Source of the DNA: Catajapyx aquilonaris
Lineage: Eukaryota
Length of the DNA: 64,000 bases
Assembly (NCBI GenBank): GCA_000934665.2
Contig: KZ538344.1
Location: 1 to 64,000, forward strand
Direction of reading: 5' to 3'
The position numbers and the translations under genes are program-made. Shown here in pieces: positions 25,848 to 40,424 of the stretch (position 1 is its first letter; each line of letters begins with the position of its first letter). The notes below the pieces were generated by a model that saw only the letters and a program-made list of their open reading frames with translations, searched no databases and was not told the origin of the DNA.

Positions 25848-27106
25848 TATATATAAAGGAGGTCTGGGGCTCTGTATCGTGGTCGACAGCAGGTGAGTTT
25901 CTCTGTCATCTTTAACTTCTATCTCACGGAAATCCTAATGAAAATAAGACATCTGCTCTTACGCACACCATTCACACACACACACCAGGATGGGCTTCGT
26001 ATTTGTTTGCTCTGTATTCCAATGCACATAGCTTAGAGGCATTTTGTTTATGAGAGGCTTGACTACCTGCTGAAGCCTAGACTCTTCACCTGTCTTGTTA
26101 TGAATTAAGGTGGGTGCACACACGCATCTTTGAGCTAGTTATTGGCCCAAATGACAATTTCAAACACAACGCCCATGTGGACCAGACTGTAGAGAGCAAC
26201 ACGGCTTACGAAGGAATTTATAGTGTTTCAGTGGCACTGTTACTTTTACATGTAATGCCGTAGTTGACAAATATTCAGACTGAAGAAAAGGTCCGTTTGA
26301 TTGCAACTGCAACGGTGCAGCTGCTCGATTCAGCTCTTACGTCCTTGTTACGAGAAAACGAAACTGTTCCTGACTCATTGTTACAGGCCGTTTTCACGCA
26401 GCACCGACGCATGAAGCACAAAATTAATTCCGGTGAAATTGGGTTCCTTTTTCAGGTGTGCTCGCAGCTATAGCAAGGTGGTAACTGTACGCACTCCGTG
26501 TGAGGATGTGGCGTGCAAAGAGAGTAGCGTGGAAAAGAAAACGCTCCCCCAAATTATAGGGTTGGATCAAGTGGACGGGGAGGGTGTATGTACTGGAAAA
26601 GAAGAGGGCAAGGGTGTCGGCAAGGCTTGTGACCAAACTCTTTTGTCACACACCCTTGGTCCGTCACCGGGACACCACGACCCCAGACTCTTCCGCGACC
26701 CACCAAACATGGCCTCCTGAGTCCTTTGTTGCCTCTCCTGCCACTCCCTGGCCAACTTCTCATCTACAAATTTTCTTCTGTGGGCAGCACAAAGGCAGAG
26801 GCGGGACTTACAAACACTCGGGCCGCACTCAAACCGTCGGCCCTCTGCACGCACGGCTCAAATTAAGATGTCAAAGCCTGTGGGTTTGCAGTGGCGGCAC
26901 GGCGCTCCTAATAATAGGGTCCGATGGGGCCAAATGAAACTTAATTAGTATTTGCCGTGGAGAGAGAATGGAAGATGCTATCCCTGTAATTGAAAACAGC
27001 AACATGGAAGCGTTGGGACAGTAGGGGGTATCATTATGACGAGAGACAAGGCCCGGATCGGAATGCGAGTAACAACTAGTCTGGCCGGCGGTTTCAGGGG
27101 GTGTAG

Positions 27107-27167
27107 CAGGGGAGAATAGGGGAGGCAACAGGGGAGAATAGGGGGGAGCAACATGGGGAGAATAGGG
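27107..27167. repeat. ~22-bp purine-rich tandem repeat, ~2.7 copies
   Basis: Units of CAGGGGAGAATAGGGG(AG/GGA)GCAA. Confidence 0.75.
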
Positions 27168-29349
27168 ATGATGGGGGTCTTACTAAGGCTCCGAAAAGTG
27201 GGCAAGATTTTTCCACAGCATCGTTTTGCCCAGGAGGGAAAAGGGGCCGCCATGTTGTTTTTTTTCTACTGCGAGGTCCCACTTCCAATTTTTTTTTTGT
27301 CGTGTACCGCGTGCTCTTTTACAGCCGGATCAAATTGATCGCGACTGAAAGGCCGGCCTAATCATAAGCGTGATAAATTATGGTATCAGTTTAATGCTGA
27401 CAGTCATATTCACTTTTATAAGGGCCTTGTTCTTTGTCAGTTTCTGGGCTGATGGGAAATCCATTTCTGTCGATAGGTGAGCTGACGAAAAAAGGGAGCT
27501 TTATAATCATGGGTATTATGTCCGCGGGTTATGACGTCAAGGATAAGCATGCGAGAAGCTTAAAATTAACCAGGAAAGTAGATGGCATTGACAGTGTTAG
27601 ACGTGAAGAATATGGTTCATAACGTGGTTTATGCACACTGGAACGTTATTATTTTAAAATTTAAGGATGCGACGTTGTTTTTGACACAGCATGCGCAACC
27701 GATTTTTAACATCATACATGGGGTGCAAAATGTTTGAACTTCTTCTTGGACTGAGGTTCTTTGAGATATATCAGGATGAAATTACTTAGCTGATTTTGTG
27801 AATTTCAGCTTCATTACTGAGTTAATTTGGCATAAGTCATACTTGTGAAGAATAGGAGCTCGTCAAGAGACACATTGCATGGGTTATTAGGGGGGTAAAA
27901 TAAATCTCAGGATGGCCCCTACTATGTACTGATGTGTATATGACAAAAATATCTTCTTATACTATATATGCCAGTGATGAAGCCTAAATCACCAAAATGA
28001 ACTATAGACTAATTTCGTCTTAGAAATTCCCAAGGAACCCAAATCCCTGCAGAGCCCCAATTTTGCACCACCCTTCCATGCATAGCTTTCAGATTGAAAT
28101 TATTTGAAACTGCTTCACCACCGTATCCATCATGAACTTTTCCCTCTGTACTTTAATTCGGCCTATTTAAAGTGGATGACATGTTCCAAACTACCTTAGT
28201 AAAGGGAAAAATATAATAATCCTCTCCACTTTCTAATAATACACCCGCATAACATACTAGCACCTTTATAAACAAACAAGTAAATATATATATACTTGCG
28301 CTCCAATTGTACCGTTTTTTGTCCCAAGTGTCTCATTATATCTTACATTTTCAGACACGCAGCGTGAATGCCACTCGCGAATTTCCAAGCAACGCTTGAC
28401 TGGTTCAAGGTTACATATACTCTGGATCGACACGACTCTAAAGATAGTTCAGTTGCACCCCGCACATGCACCAGGAGTGTGTGGAGGCTGCTGGGGGAAT
28501 GAACCCCGACCACCCCTTTTGTCCAGCCCATAATAGGAATACCTTACCGTAATTGAGCCGTCTTTTTCTGTGAAAGGAGCCCCACCCCCCCTTATTGGGT
28601 AATCCACAAGCCTGAGCCGAAACGAAAGGCGGCCAAGTCGACTTGCCGACCACTGACAATAATTATTATTACGAGGGAAAAACGAACATCCCAAAGCCCG
28701 GGTCATAAACCCGATAACTCTTCCATGTCGCTCCAGGGCACACGGTGGATGGAAAAACATCCCCCCCCCCAAAAAAAAAAAAAGAAAAAAAAGCGTTTCA
28801 TGGGAGGGGCGGCAACGTTAACCCACAACCCCCAAAATCACTGGTCAATAGCATGCATATAGGGGGGTAGCAACACTGTCAGGATGCACTTTAGCTGGAG
28901 AGGTGGGAACGTTCGTATCGTCTCATATGGTGATGAGGCATGATTGGATAATAATAGGCTATATTACAGGTGGATAGATGCGAAACTTTTGCTTTAGTAT
29001 GAGTCACACCATGTAATAATAATATTACATAAAAACTAGATTATGTGATAGGCCAACTCTTAAGTAGGTTAGTATATAATTGGGAAAACCATCACTTTTA
29101 TTAAAATTACAAATAAGGGTCTATTAAATCATCAACATGTTCCATTTTAAATCATGGCCTTGCTAAGACTCAAAAGACCATTTTACTAACTTGAATGTGA
29201 TGGTTCTATCAATAGAGCAAACAGGGTCTTCTGTACGACAGCACTTTGCAATGGTGCTGTTTGTAAAGTAAATCATCCATTTGGAATCGAGTAAATTTCG
29301 GGGAAAAAGTCGCTTAACCTCAGACAATTTGTGAAGTCCTGTTCTCATA

Positions 29350-29592
29350 TGAGGGGTCTCAGGTCAAAGGCGGCAGTCAAAAAAAACGATCGTAAAATTA
29401 GCAAAAACTGCTGATTACTTAACTTTCACTGGAACAATCTTGAAAGGTTTTGCGTCCATATGTTGCCACGGCTCAGATACACACAAAAATGTGCAATAAA
29501 TACCCAATGACATTAAAATACATTATTTCTGGACCTATTTGTGTTACACCCTCCAAAAATGGACTTAGCCGCCTTTGATCTGAGACCCCTCA
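29350..29592. mobile_element. Mariner-type MITE
   Basis: TA|TGAGGGGTCTCAGGTCAAAGGCGGC...GCCGCCTTTGATCTGAGACCCCTCA|TA; ~25-bp TIR with one mismatch; TA TSD. Confidence 0.85.
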
Positions 29593-32500
29593 TATGATCC
29601 TATTGTATACATTTGAGATATTTTCTCAACTTCTTACGCATTTCTAACAATCCAACATAAAACATGTGTAAAGACAGTAACAAGCTTATTTACATCATAT
29701 TTGGTTGCATACTACTGAAAGTATGTGTAGATCTAGGCCACTGAGAATCTCAATAATCCGCATAGTTTAGCCATTAAATAATAATAATGCATGACTTAAA
29801 TATTGAATAAGTCTGGAAGGGTCTGCCTCAGGCATCAATATGAATTATTCCAGAACGATGAGCCTGAACCTTGGCTGAGGCTTGTATAGGGTTGTGTGAG
29901 TCCCTGGCCCAACAGCAATGAAAACCTTAACATGGAGGTGTTAGCAGTGGGTTAGGTTGTTTGGCTGGTTGTATTCATTCGGTCGAGAGTGGATGAGGCA
30001 AAGTGAGAGGGGGCAGCAGGGCAGGGCAGGAGAACTCAACCCGGCGTGTTATGAATGCGCCGGGCAGGAACACTAAATTTGCTTAATTTGACAGTTTGGA
30101 AATTTGATGTGCCGGCCACCTTTCCCGCAAAATGGCCCATGGTCATGTGGTCTCCAGCGGTCCCATTGGAAAGGGCAATGGTCTGAGACCCCGCAGGCCC
30201 AGTTAGGACGCGCAGTTGGAAAAGGGGACGCCAGGTAGCATACACAAACGGCGGAACCAACAATCCCTGCTGATTAATGAACGGACGATGAAACTGTGGT
30301 CGCCGCTACACCAAGTAATCAACATTAATTGATGTAATGTGTATAAAACGAGTGTAATAACATGTGTGCTGGGCCTTTTGTCTACTTGTCCTAATTGGAA
30401 GACTAAAAATGATTTGTGGTCCATTGGCTGGGTCGTGCTGCTGCCTCCAGATTGTTGGCGCATCCAGTACGTCACACCTACTTTTCCAGGGCCCTTTACC
30501 TATTCACCGATCAATGAAAAATCAAGTGGAAATCGCCGGCTAATCACACACGAACTGTGTTGGCCATGAGAGAAGCAAGTGCTAATGGGGGTTTTACGAC
30601 CCTCTCCCAAAGGTAGAAAGGCTGGTCATCATCAAGCTCCTGGTTCCCCTATAGGCTATACACACCCGGTCGTACATGCAAACCGCTTAAGTCGACCACG
30701 TGGCTTCAAGCACGCAGCAGTTTACGTAAGCAGTAACGTCGTTTTACAACTTCATTTGCATTCCATTGCCCTGAAGTATCATTGTAATAATCTAATATTA
30801 TTATTATTTTCAAACAAAATGATCAAGAGTTAAAGTTCGGCAACACCACATTGCTCAAGAAAATTAGGCAACGATGTCACCAGAGCTAAATGGTGATTGG
30901 AAACATTTCTGGTTTCAATGCCGTTCGTCTTTTCGTAAATGGGAGATGGCGCAGCAGCTTTGCGCGGTGCAGAAGAGGGGAGAGAAAAATGAAAAAAAAA
31001 ATGGAAAAAAAAGACGAGTGGATATTTACGCCTTGTGCGGCTGTCCCCCGTCGCCTGGACAATAAAAAGTCTTCCCAAATGAAGACGTTTGTATGCATCA
31101 GGGTGGAGGTTGGCGTGACACATGGCCACCGCAGGCCAGCGTGATTCGGACGTGGGATTTGGCGGATTGGTCCCCGGTGTTGATGATGCCTGCTGGCCAC
31201 CTCAAGCCCAAAAGACCTATATGGCCGACACCACATATCCAAGCTATATGTCATGGACTCGCGATGACACACTCGTTCCTATATGATGCTCGCGGAAATC
31301 ACTGGATGCATAATCAACTTTAGTTTCGTGGTTTAACGCTGATGCACTCGGGTTTATAATGATGCTGTGACTCAGGCTTTTGTTTTTGCTACAATGATGT
31401 ATGTGAAGGTATATGCACACCAGGTGGTTCGATTCCGTTCAGTGGGCAAATGAGCTTAGAAAATTTACAGAACACACTGAGGCTTATGTGTAAAATGAAG
31501 TACAGTTGGTGTTGTCTGCGCATAATTGCAATGCAGATTTGTAGAAGCACCAACTAGTACCGATTCGAGCAAAATATATGCCCGGAAAAAAATTTCTGAA
31601 GTGGGGGCATGGAGGGGCATCACGTAGCAAGTCCCAACTGGGGAATAAGAATGGGCGATGGAGGTAAGGTCTTTTGCTTGTCAGCTGCGACGAGGCACTT
31701 TGGAGGCTTCTCCTCCGATGGCCATATAAGCCAGGGCCCAATTCATCATCTTCCCCGAGATTAGAAAGGTATTAAATTTTTGTAGCCGGAGGGTGCGAAT
31801 TCCCACCCTGATTCACTTACTATGGCCATTTAAATGCAAAGTTGACCCTAAATAAAAATTGTCTTTGATCTGGCACACATTTTTTATGCATTTATGGTTG
31901 ACTGGGGTGTCGCAAGGAACGTGCATGTAGACCTCAATGTCCCTTGAAGAGCCCTGATGCATTATGGGGTTCTAAATTATAAAAACATCGCCGCCAAGAC
32001 GAATGGTTCTCCTGACGAAAAATCGTTTCTTACGCATGGGAAACAGCAGCTCGCCGAAGGAAGCAGGAAGGAAGGAAGGAGTAACATGTCTCCATTATCA
32101 TGCACGGTTGCGGCTCGCTATATAATAAAGGCGCCAGTTGTAAACCTTTCAAAATGGCTGTGCTCGAGTTATAGGTAAACCTGCATATACCGATGCGATG
32201 GGGGATATCCCTCTTCTTTTTCTCTCTCCCAGATTACTAGACTCCGGATATGGGCGTAGATATCGAGTCAAGTGTGCTGGTGTAGAATACTAAATTATGA
32301 GCCTATGTGAGCATTGCACACATGCGTTGTTTGTGCCTTGTAATTAACGACTGTAGCTCGATATTACTCGTGTGTGTATAATATGTGGAGAGCAGAATAA
32401 TATCTCTCTACAAGTACGTCCTTTCTATTTTCCTGATTTAATTTGATTGTTGCGGGACCCTTATGTGCACCGCATGTAACTACTGGTCTTTATCTAGAGG

Positions 32501-33263
32501 TATTCACTCTCAACAGGATTAGATAATGAGACTGTAGCAGGCAAGCCGTGCATTGTGTGTTGGGTCAGTTCGTGTCAGTTCTCAGGTGTATCCGTGCATG
32601 GATGCGACTGTCTAGAACTAGATGAAAGTGTACGTGACTTTATACACGAGGTTCTGTTTAGGAAATCAGCTTTTGTGCTGGTGCTTTAAACTGCATTTCT
32701 CGGACTGTAAATTGCACCCAGCAAAAACAAGCAGGATCTGCTTATTGCAAACGTCATAAGGTTAATTCTATAGGGCTGAAAATATTTGTTTTTGTACTGA
32801 ATTGCATAGCAAAGAAATGCAACACGCAAGTACTGTGTAACAGGTACAAAGGAAGCACGCAATTTATATTTACATTACGTCGTGTGCTTCAAAAGTGAGC
32901 TCTCTTCGTATTGATAAAAACTTTGGATGTGATCTCAATTCTGAAACACGTGGTGTTCTATAAACGCTTCGAGCCACACTAAAACATTGCACACGCATAA
33001 CATAGGCTGGCGTTTTGTTTAGATTCTGATGGTTAGTTTAACTATTGATGGGTTGTCTGTGAATGTGCAGTACAGTATATTAATTTTGTTAGTGAACGGT
33101 ATGTCTCATGATTCAAAGCTAACACCTCATGTGCAGGGAAATGTGATGAGATGTGTATTCAGGGTGGAGAGGAAAAAAATAAACACGGGAAACCTGTCAT
33201 TTTTGGACTTGAAATAATGCAAAAACCGTATATGTTTGAATATACGTACACGTGATCAGTTTA

Positions 33264-33553
33264 GGGAGGCGAAATGGCGCTGCGGTAACGCATGCGCCCA
33301 CGGATGTTAATCCCGCCCGGGGTCCCCCCCTTCGTCTCGGGTGGTATTTCCAATAGACTAAAACACCCGGGGGAGCTCACAAAATGACCACAGCAACTGT
33401 ACTGCACTGCACTTCGCACATCCCACTCCTGTCACCCTCCCTTTCGCTCGCGGTACCCGGGCGTTACGGCAAAAGGACCAACCTGTACTAGCTTGTACTC
33501 CAGAAGCAAATAAAGGTATTGTGCTAGATGCCCAACGGGCGGAGCACTAAACC

Positions 33554-33625
<72 letters not shown>
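33264..33625 (+). mobile_element. SINE copy with deleted B-box and a different, (ATT)n-ending 3' tail
   Basis: Head TGGCGCTGCGGTAACGCATGCGCCCACGGA and body align with the 53890 copy apart from two internal deletions; unrelated tail ends in (ATT)n at 33555-33625; 11-bp TSD TGATCAGTTTA at 33253-33263 and 33629-33639. Confidence 0.85.
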
Positions 33626-33626
<1 letters not shown>

Positions 33627-34166
33627 CTTGATCAGTTTAAAAAATACTTACCATGATAAAATATTGTAAATTAAAATCTACCCTACAACTCTCTACAAAC
33701 TCTCCATTTGCCTTCCAACGATCCTGGGAGGTATGTATACCGTATGTTGTCATGATTTTATTAACATAAGTTTAACAGAGACGTGCCCTGATTATGGACC
33801 CTGATGGACTTCCTTGCCATCTACCTTGCTATAGCAAATAATATTTTTAAACCCCGAAAAGTAACTTTCCACAAATAACTGATTAAAATCACGCAGCTTA
33901 TAGTACCACTAAGCCTACGGATATTTTTGTTAGAACACACCGTAGGCTATGGGTCAAAAATTAAAAGTATCAAAACATCACCCAGTCATCAAATTTTGTG
34001 TCGCCTGGTCGTTAATTTGTCAAATATTCCCAAAAATAAACAAAGCCACAAGACGGAGCAGATCTTAGGCCACCACGTGATATGAACACCATGTCCATCA
34101 AAGCATTTTTCGAACCACGGTACCATAACTTTGCAGGCATTCTGTATGTCGAGCACTCTCCTCCAC

Positions 34167-34283
34167 GAGGAACAACATAACATTATGGTAATGGAAGCGG
34201 TAGTCACAATTGACCATGGCCACGAAAGTCTTTATCCATTTACTGTACTTTCTTGCAACATAAGGCTTCTTATACAAACCGGG
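34167..34283 (+). repeat. Duplicated non-coding module, copy 1
   Basis: GAGGAACAACATAA..TATGGTAATGGA.GCGGTAGTCACAATT.ACCATGGCCA and CTTATACAAACCGGG shared with 36126-36223. Confidence 0.8.
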
Positions 34284-34956
34284 CATTGACCACCCTCTCT
34301 CATAAAAGTAAAAGATATAAAAAACGACATGCCCCACATTATCGCCTGTTAAAAACTTTATGGCGATGGCGAAACATATGATCGTCATTCAGTCCAGCGT
34401 GGTCTGGACCATGGTCCTAACAGTTATTGAGGATGTTCAACTGTTGGAGTAGGAAACACAGGCAAATCTGATCCTACGGTTGGAAAAATTGTTATGTCGG
34501 TATTGTCTGTGTGTCAAGCGGCAGCTGAAGATTTCTGCCGCATTGTGTCTTTATGTAGTTTTGGAATATAGCATATCTTAAAAATGTTATTGCAAAACTG
34601 GTGTTGCTTTTTGGTAATACTGTACAATAATTAGCCTCATAGCACTTACAATAATTAAGTTTTAATACATTCACTTTGATGTTATCAGGTGCAAATTGAG
34701 ATTATCAGCAAACACATAACCTAAGGCAGTAATTTAGTCTGCATATCTTTCCACTGCACTGGCTTAAACTACACCATGAGAATTTGTGCAGATATCATTA
34801 ATCATTCGGTAAAAAAAATTGCCAGTGTCAGGTCCGATTGTACCAATGCAATGTCTGTAAATTCTTGATGGTCTGTATTTTTTTCATTGCTGTTGATTGT
34901 AGTGTAGCCAACGTGCCTTATGGGAGTACGCGAAGTTCCCACCCCTATAGCCTATA

Positions 34957-35370
34957 CAGGGTGAACCAACTTCAAGTGTCGTTTTATAACGGCGATTAAT
35001 AGCAGTGATTTTGCGATGACGTAGCAGCGACGTGTAAAATGTCCCACTTCGGCGCCATCGAAAATATTAGCTGCCAATAGCAGCACACATGTAATAAACC
35101 CTGCTGCTGGGTTGACCTGGAAAAAAGGAGGTGCACACATGACCTGAGATGCGCTTGGGTGAAATGCCTTCTTTGCGGACTGCCGGATTGGCATTGGTGC
35201 CGCATGTGGTTGCACTCGTTGCAGCATGTTCATTACATGTACGCTAATATTGGCAGCTAATATTTTCGATGGCGCCGAAGTGGGACATTTTACACGTCGC
35301 TGTTACGTCTATCGTAAAGCGCTTCTATTAATAGCCGTTATAAAACGACACTTGAAGTTGGTCCACCCTG
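34957..35370. mobile_element. 414-bp Tc1/mariner-type fold-back MITE
   Basis: TA|CAGGGTGAACCAACTTCAAGTGTCG...CGACACTTGAAGTTGGTCCACCCTG|TA; inverted arms >120 bp. Confidence 0.9.
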
Positions 35371-36125
35371 TATACATATGTTAACTCAGTTCTGAAAAGC
35401 ATGATGTAATACTTCCGAAAGGTAAAAGGTTCTTCCAGTCAAACCATATGGTAATGCTGCAGTCACACCTCGTCTCATGATTTTTGTCTATGTTGACTAT
35501 AATCTTATTTGCGAATTATACTGCCATATAGGTAAGGCATAAATGGGTCACTTCCAGCTAATAAAGGCTCAGCAATTACATTTTCCGGAGCCAATATGAG
35601 CAAAAAAAAAGTCAATCCAACATTTCCAAACCTGTTAAATTCATCAATTATTGCATTTTCAATTTCAGACTTTCTGTTAATCTACATATGTAAAGCTACA
35701 CTTTCAAATAGGCTAATCTACCCACAACATGCTGTGATACGACCCAAACATGGGGTGGAAATCTGCATAAGACCCGCCACTTGCTCCGATAAGAACATAT
35801 GTCTATTGTAGTCTAACCACCATGTTTCTTGCACGAATTTGTCTTTGATGATGAAACACACTCCGGAGTATGCGATATCCTGGTGGGATGGTCATTTTTA
35901 TTGTACCGCAATTTAGAAAATGTGGCTGGGCTCAACCCATCTGTTATCGTCAATCCCATAAACGAGTGGAGGGGTTTGGCAGAGTTTCGATTGCTGCCTT
36001 CAACCACCGTTGAGATGGACGGATAAGATAACAGAAGCAATTAAAAGACAGGTTTCTTCGAGTGAGCCATCAGAGAAAGGGCTTGGGGCTTGGAGGGGAA
36101 AAAATATATAGGGAGGGAGCGAAAA

Positions 36126-36223
36126 GAGGAACAACATAATATGGTAATGGACGCGGTAGTCACAATTCACCATGGCCAAGTGCTGTAAGCTGTAACATAC
36201 CCTACTGGCTTATACAAACCGGG
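36126..36223 (+). repeat. Duplicated non-coding module, copy 2
   Basis: Direct repeat of the 34167-34283 blocks with diverged spacers. Confidence 0.8.
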
Positions 36224-38321
36224 AATTCCCCGTTCTTTCCCGTTAATTTTTTTTTTTTTAAATCAAAAAATCAAAAATAAATGTCATGCCCATTGACCTG
36301 TTTTACATTTATACTTGTTGTTCCAGTCCGGTTTTTATCCTGACCTATCGGATATGGTTACTACGCACATGTGAGGGAGCGCCACGACGCGTGTTCAAGC
36401 ACCATTCTTACACTGATTCAATCAGTATGGCTTTTCCGACTCACTTTTATTATTTCTTAATTCCTTCGTGTCAGGCGTCTCTGATTACGACTATGCTAGA
36501 AACACGTGCAACACGTGCTGCACACGACGTATGTGTCCCGAGAATTCCGAAACTAATCTTTGATCAGACGTTGCTAGGCCTGATTAGTCTTGATTATTGT
36601 AAATGCCTCTTCCGGCGAGGATCCAAAATAAGACATCAATAGCTGTCGTCGGGAGAGAAAGGGGATTTCCTTGATTTTTTTTTTACTAATGTAGGTTCCT
36701 GTTTTCAATTACAGGCTCGTTGTCTGTAGGTCTATAATTTGAGTCCGTGTTTCTGAAATTCCACCGTGATGAGAGGCACCTTGGTCCTTTCTTGACTAAT
36801 GACCCCGAGGTAAACTCGGATACTAGTTTTCAGTCCCTCTGGAGATGGGCGAGGGGGAAAGGAGGAGAAGAAAAAAATACATAACGAGCACAAATTGTAA
36901 AGTGTGTGGATGTCATTACGAAATGAGGGTAAAAACAGTAATTTTCGCAGTTGGAACTTTTTCAATGTCTACCGCTTTGGGCATGTGTGTATAGAAAAAA
37001 CAGGTAAAATTGAAAATTCATTAGGCTGTCACTTTTTCATTATTCGTATGCAGGGACTGTCGTGCGCATAATAACATTGCGTCTAGTCATGAAAAGATCA
37101 CAACTTTTTTATTTAAAAAAGTATTGATTTGTATACAAATTGCACTGGTCCAGCAGACCTGCAATTACAGAAACTTGTAGATCTTGTAAATCTAGAATTA
37201 CGCTTATGGACGACCCCTAATACCAAATGTTAGAAAGACACTAAAATATTAATGGTACGGTACTGTTTAGTAATGGGATGTAAAACAGTTATTTTATAAA
37301 TAAATAAATATTTTTATCTAACATAACTCTCTCTGCAATTTTATTAAACCTGGAGTTTTGTAGAGTTATAATTCACAAGCAGCAGCAAGTATCAACCGTC
37401 TAACATGCAAGCTCATATAAAGACTAATAATACCATTATAACCAATCTATGATTGAAACAGACATTTGACATACTGTAACTTAATTGACGATTAAAAATT
37501 ATTATGATCTTTGTCATTACATCAGGTCTACATACTGTATCGCAGAAAGAGTCTCTTTTGTTTTAGTATGGTACCAACTCTTAGACTGCGGTCGTGCTTA
37601 TTGTGATCATATCGCAGCCACTTGGTGGATGCCAGGTGGGTGAGAGCTGCTTAGTTACCTTTGATCTTACCGCGAGATCCAAGTAGGCTGCGTAACAGGA
37701 TGTGAGATCATATTTTGTGACTATATGAATATTGAGACTATCATTTCATTAATAATGATATTGTTGTTGTCATCTGTTTAATATAAGAAAATGGCAAATT
37801 ATTGCTGTGTCGAGGTCGAGGTCCAATAATATACAGGTTGCTCACACAACTTGTTTATGGAACAAACCTCGAGCGAGCCTGTCACACGACATTCGCAATG
37901 CCTGAATCCTCCCTCCTGTCCACCCCAGAGCCCAGACACCCTCCTCCTCCCGAATCCTCGTCATCTCTTGGAGAAAGTGTCAACTCACACAACTAACTCT
38001 ATCTACAGAATGCTGATTATATCACGCTGTGCCCGGTCATATACGTACATTAGGGCAAGAGGAACTATTTGACATAAAGTACAAAATTTAACTTACGAAT
38101 CAACTGCCAACTTGCAAGCTGTGTCCATTCCTGAATGTACCGTTATGTGGCGCCATTAGGGAAGGTGGGATGAACAATCACATCGAAGTTTTCAAATACC
38201 GGTATATGATCGCACATTTCCTCTTACTTTGAGTGAAATAGGAGTGTCCACAAGATTCTCAACACTATCATTACATCTCATAACAAATAGGCATAGGTCT
38301 CACCCAAGCATAATTTTAATT

Positions 38322-38400
38322 GCAATTTGAAATGTCCGTAGTGGTTAGTGGATTTTGGCATTAAGCTGTTTATTTTTAAGCAGTTACTTTCGAATAGCTT
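38322..38400 (+). mobile_element. Left-arm fragment of the 25549 MITE family
   Basis: TTGAAATGTCCGTAGTGGTTAG..TTTTGGCATTAAGCTG..ATTTTTAAGCAG resembles the 25549 and 54833 left arms. Confidence 0.5.
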
Positions 38401-40424
38401 TTTGTTGTTGTATAAACACCTGGCGATCACCACGTCAATATCACTTGAAACTCGGTTATAATCAGGGCGAATACAATAATTAGTTGTTTGTGGGATTAGG
38501 TAATTAGTTTAGATGAAGAATTCGATATCGTTCTTGTCTTTGCCTAATAATAATAAAGGGCTAATACATACACGGATGATTTTCTTTCGCTCTTAGGCCT
38601 CCCATTATAGGATTGTTTCAAGTGCATGCACAACCACAATCAATCACGTTCATTATGTGTGCAGTAGTCAATTTTACCCCCATCCTTCCCAATCATTAGT
38701 TTCGTTTAAAATCACATCCAAGATTTATGTTTGGGAACAAGGCGAGCGCGGTCGACTAATCAGAGAGGTCATTTGTTACAATAAAAATTGCTCCTTAACT
38801 CCGGTCTGTTCAGATGTCCACGCACCATCTTGTTATTTACAAAAAGGCTGTTTCTCTCTGCATTCTTTCTGTTCTCTGCCTCTCTATAAATAAATACCGT
38901 GTGCCTACATAAATATGTCCATCCATAAATAATTACTCAACAACCTGCAGCAACGCCAGCCATCCCAGATTATTCACCTGCTTCAGTTTGAAGTTTAGTT
39001 ACTGAACTTATATAACATTATATTATCAGAGAAATAATTACACATTTAAATATTATTTGTCCCATACTTTGAGCACAATGCGCATGAAAATAGTATTCTT
39101 CATGTTAAATAAGAAGCACGAGATTTTGGACCCGCAGTAGCATCAAATGTGTGACTTTCTCAAGAGGTGACTTCGATGTAACAAATCCGTCGCCAAAATG
39201 TAAAGCACAAAAACATCGACCAGAAACTGAAAAATCTTAACTGCAAACGTTGCGCCGGTCCCGCCTGACTTCCCTGGGAATCGAGAAAAAAAAAAATCTA
39301 AATATTTCCCTAATCGACCACGATGTACTTCCCGCATGATTTATGCCCGAATATTGCAGGTAAGGCAGTTAGGGCATCCGCAGAGCATCTCAGGCCATTT
39401 AGAAGCGGCTTTGAATCTAGTATAGCGTGCCGCCTTTACTTTTTTTTCTACCCCTCCCCTGTTTTTTTGTTTTTTTGTAACTTTTATTTTTTATTTTTTT
39501 ATTTGGAAGGCCATTCCGGAGAGGGGCCCCCATAATAAGACATCACCCCTCTGTCAAGCCTCAGGAATCGTGGATCCAAGATTACAGTCCATCGAGCCAT
39601 AACCCCGCGCGCATCTGATTTGGGCTCCTAAGTGATAATTTCCCTTGCAAGTCGGGCATGTTTACAACGGGTAATAGCCCCATGTGCAATTACTGCGTGC
39701 TGCAGACTCATCATCAACCTTAAGGATGATTTTGGCCAGTCGGGACTACCAGGGCCTTTAGAAATGATTTTATCACGCCTAATCATTATTTCCGAGGGGT
39801 AATAGCACCCGAGGAAATTAATTTCCAGCATTTCTTGCCTCGGTGTCGTCATTAATCATGCCTGATTATTGGCACTTTTTTCATCCTCTTTGGCCAGACC
39901 AACACTCAGCCTCTCTTAGGCCCTCACTGTAATCTTTCCTTTGTTTAATTATTGTTGCCTGCGAGGATCGGGGTGGGGNTGGAGCATTTGGGTTACTGCA
40001 GTGAGAAGTGAAAAGTAGGTGGGGGTGGTTGGGTGGGAACACCGGCTGCCACTTGGTCGCAATCTGCTTGTCCAGCCTAAGGTAAAGAAATTAGTGGGGG
40101 TGAGGGGGGGGTAGGAAGACATTTTCCAGGAATAGGCACATAAAAAGGTTAACGAGTCTGCGGTGGCATGAATTCAGAATTCAACAAGGAGCCAAACACA
40201 GACTTTTGGATCGATGCGAGGTGGTACCTCAACAGGATGTAAACTAATTATTTAATAATTTGTCATTTTGTTTTTACACAGTATACAGGTTTTTTCGTAT
40301 TATTTCGTAATAGAAAAAAATGATAAGTAATATTGCATGTTACTGATCAGCAATGTCACCTGCATTGTACTATAAGAGTAATTATGATATTACAATCATC
40401 GTCATTATTATGAGGAGGTTCGTA

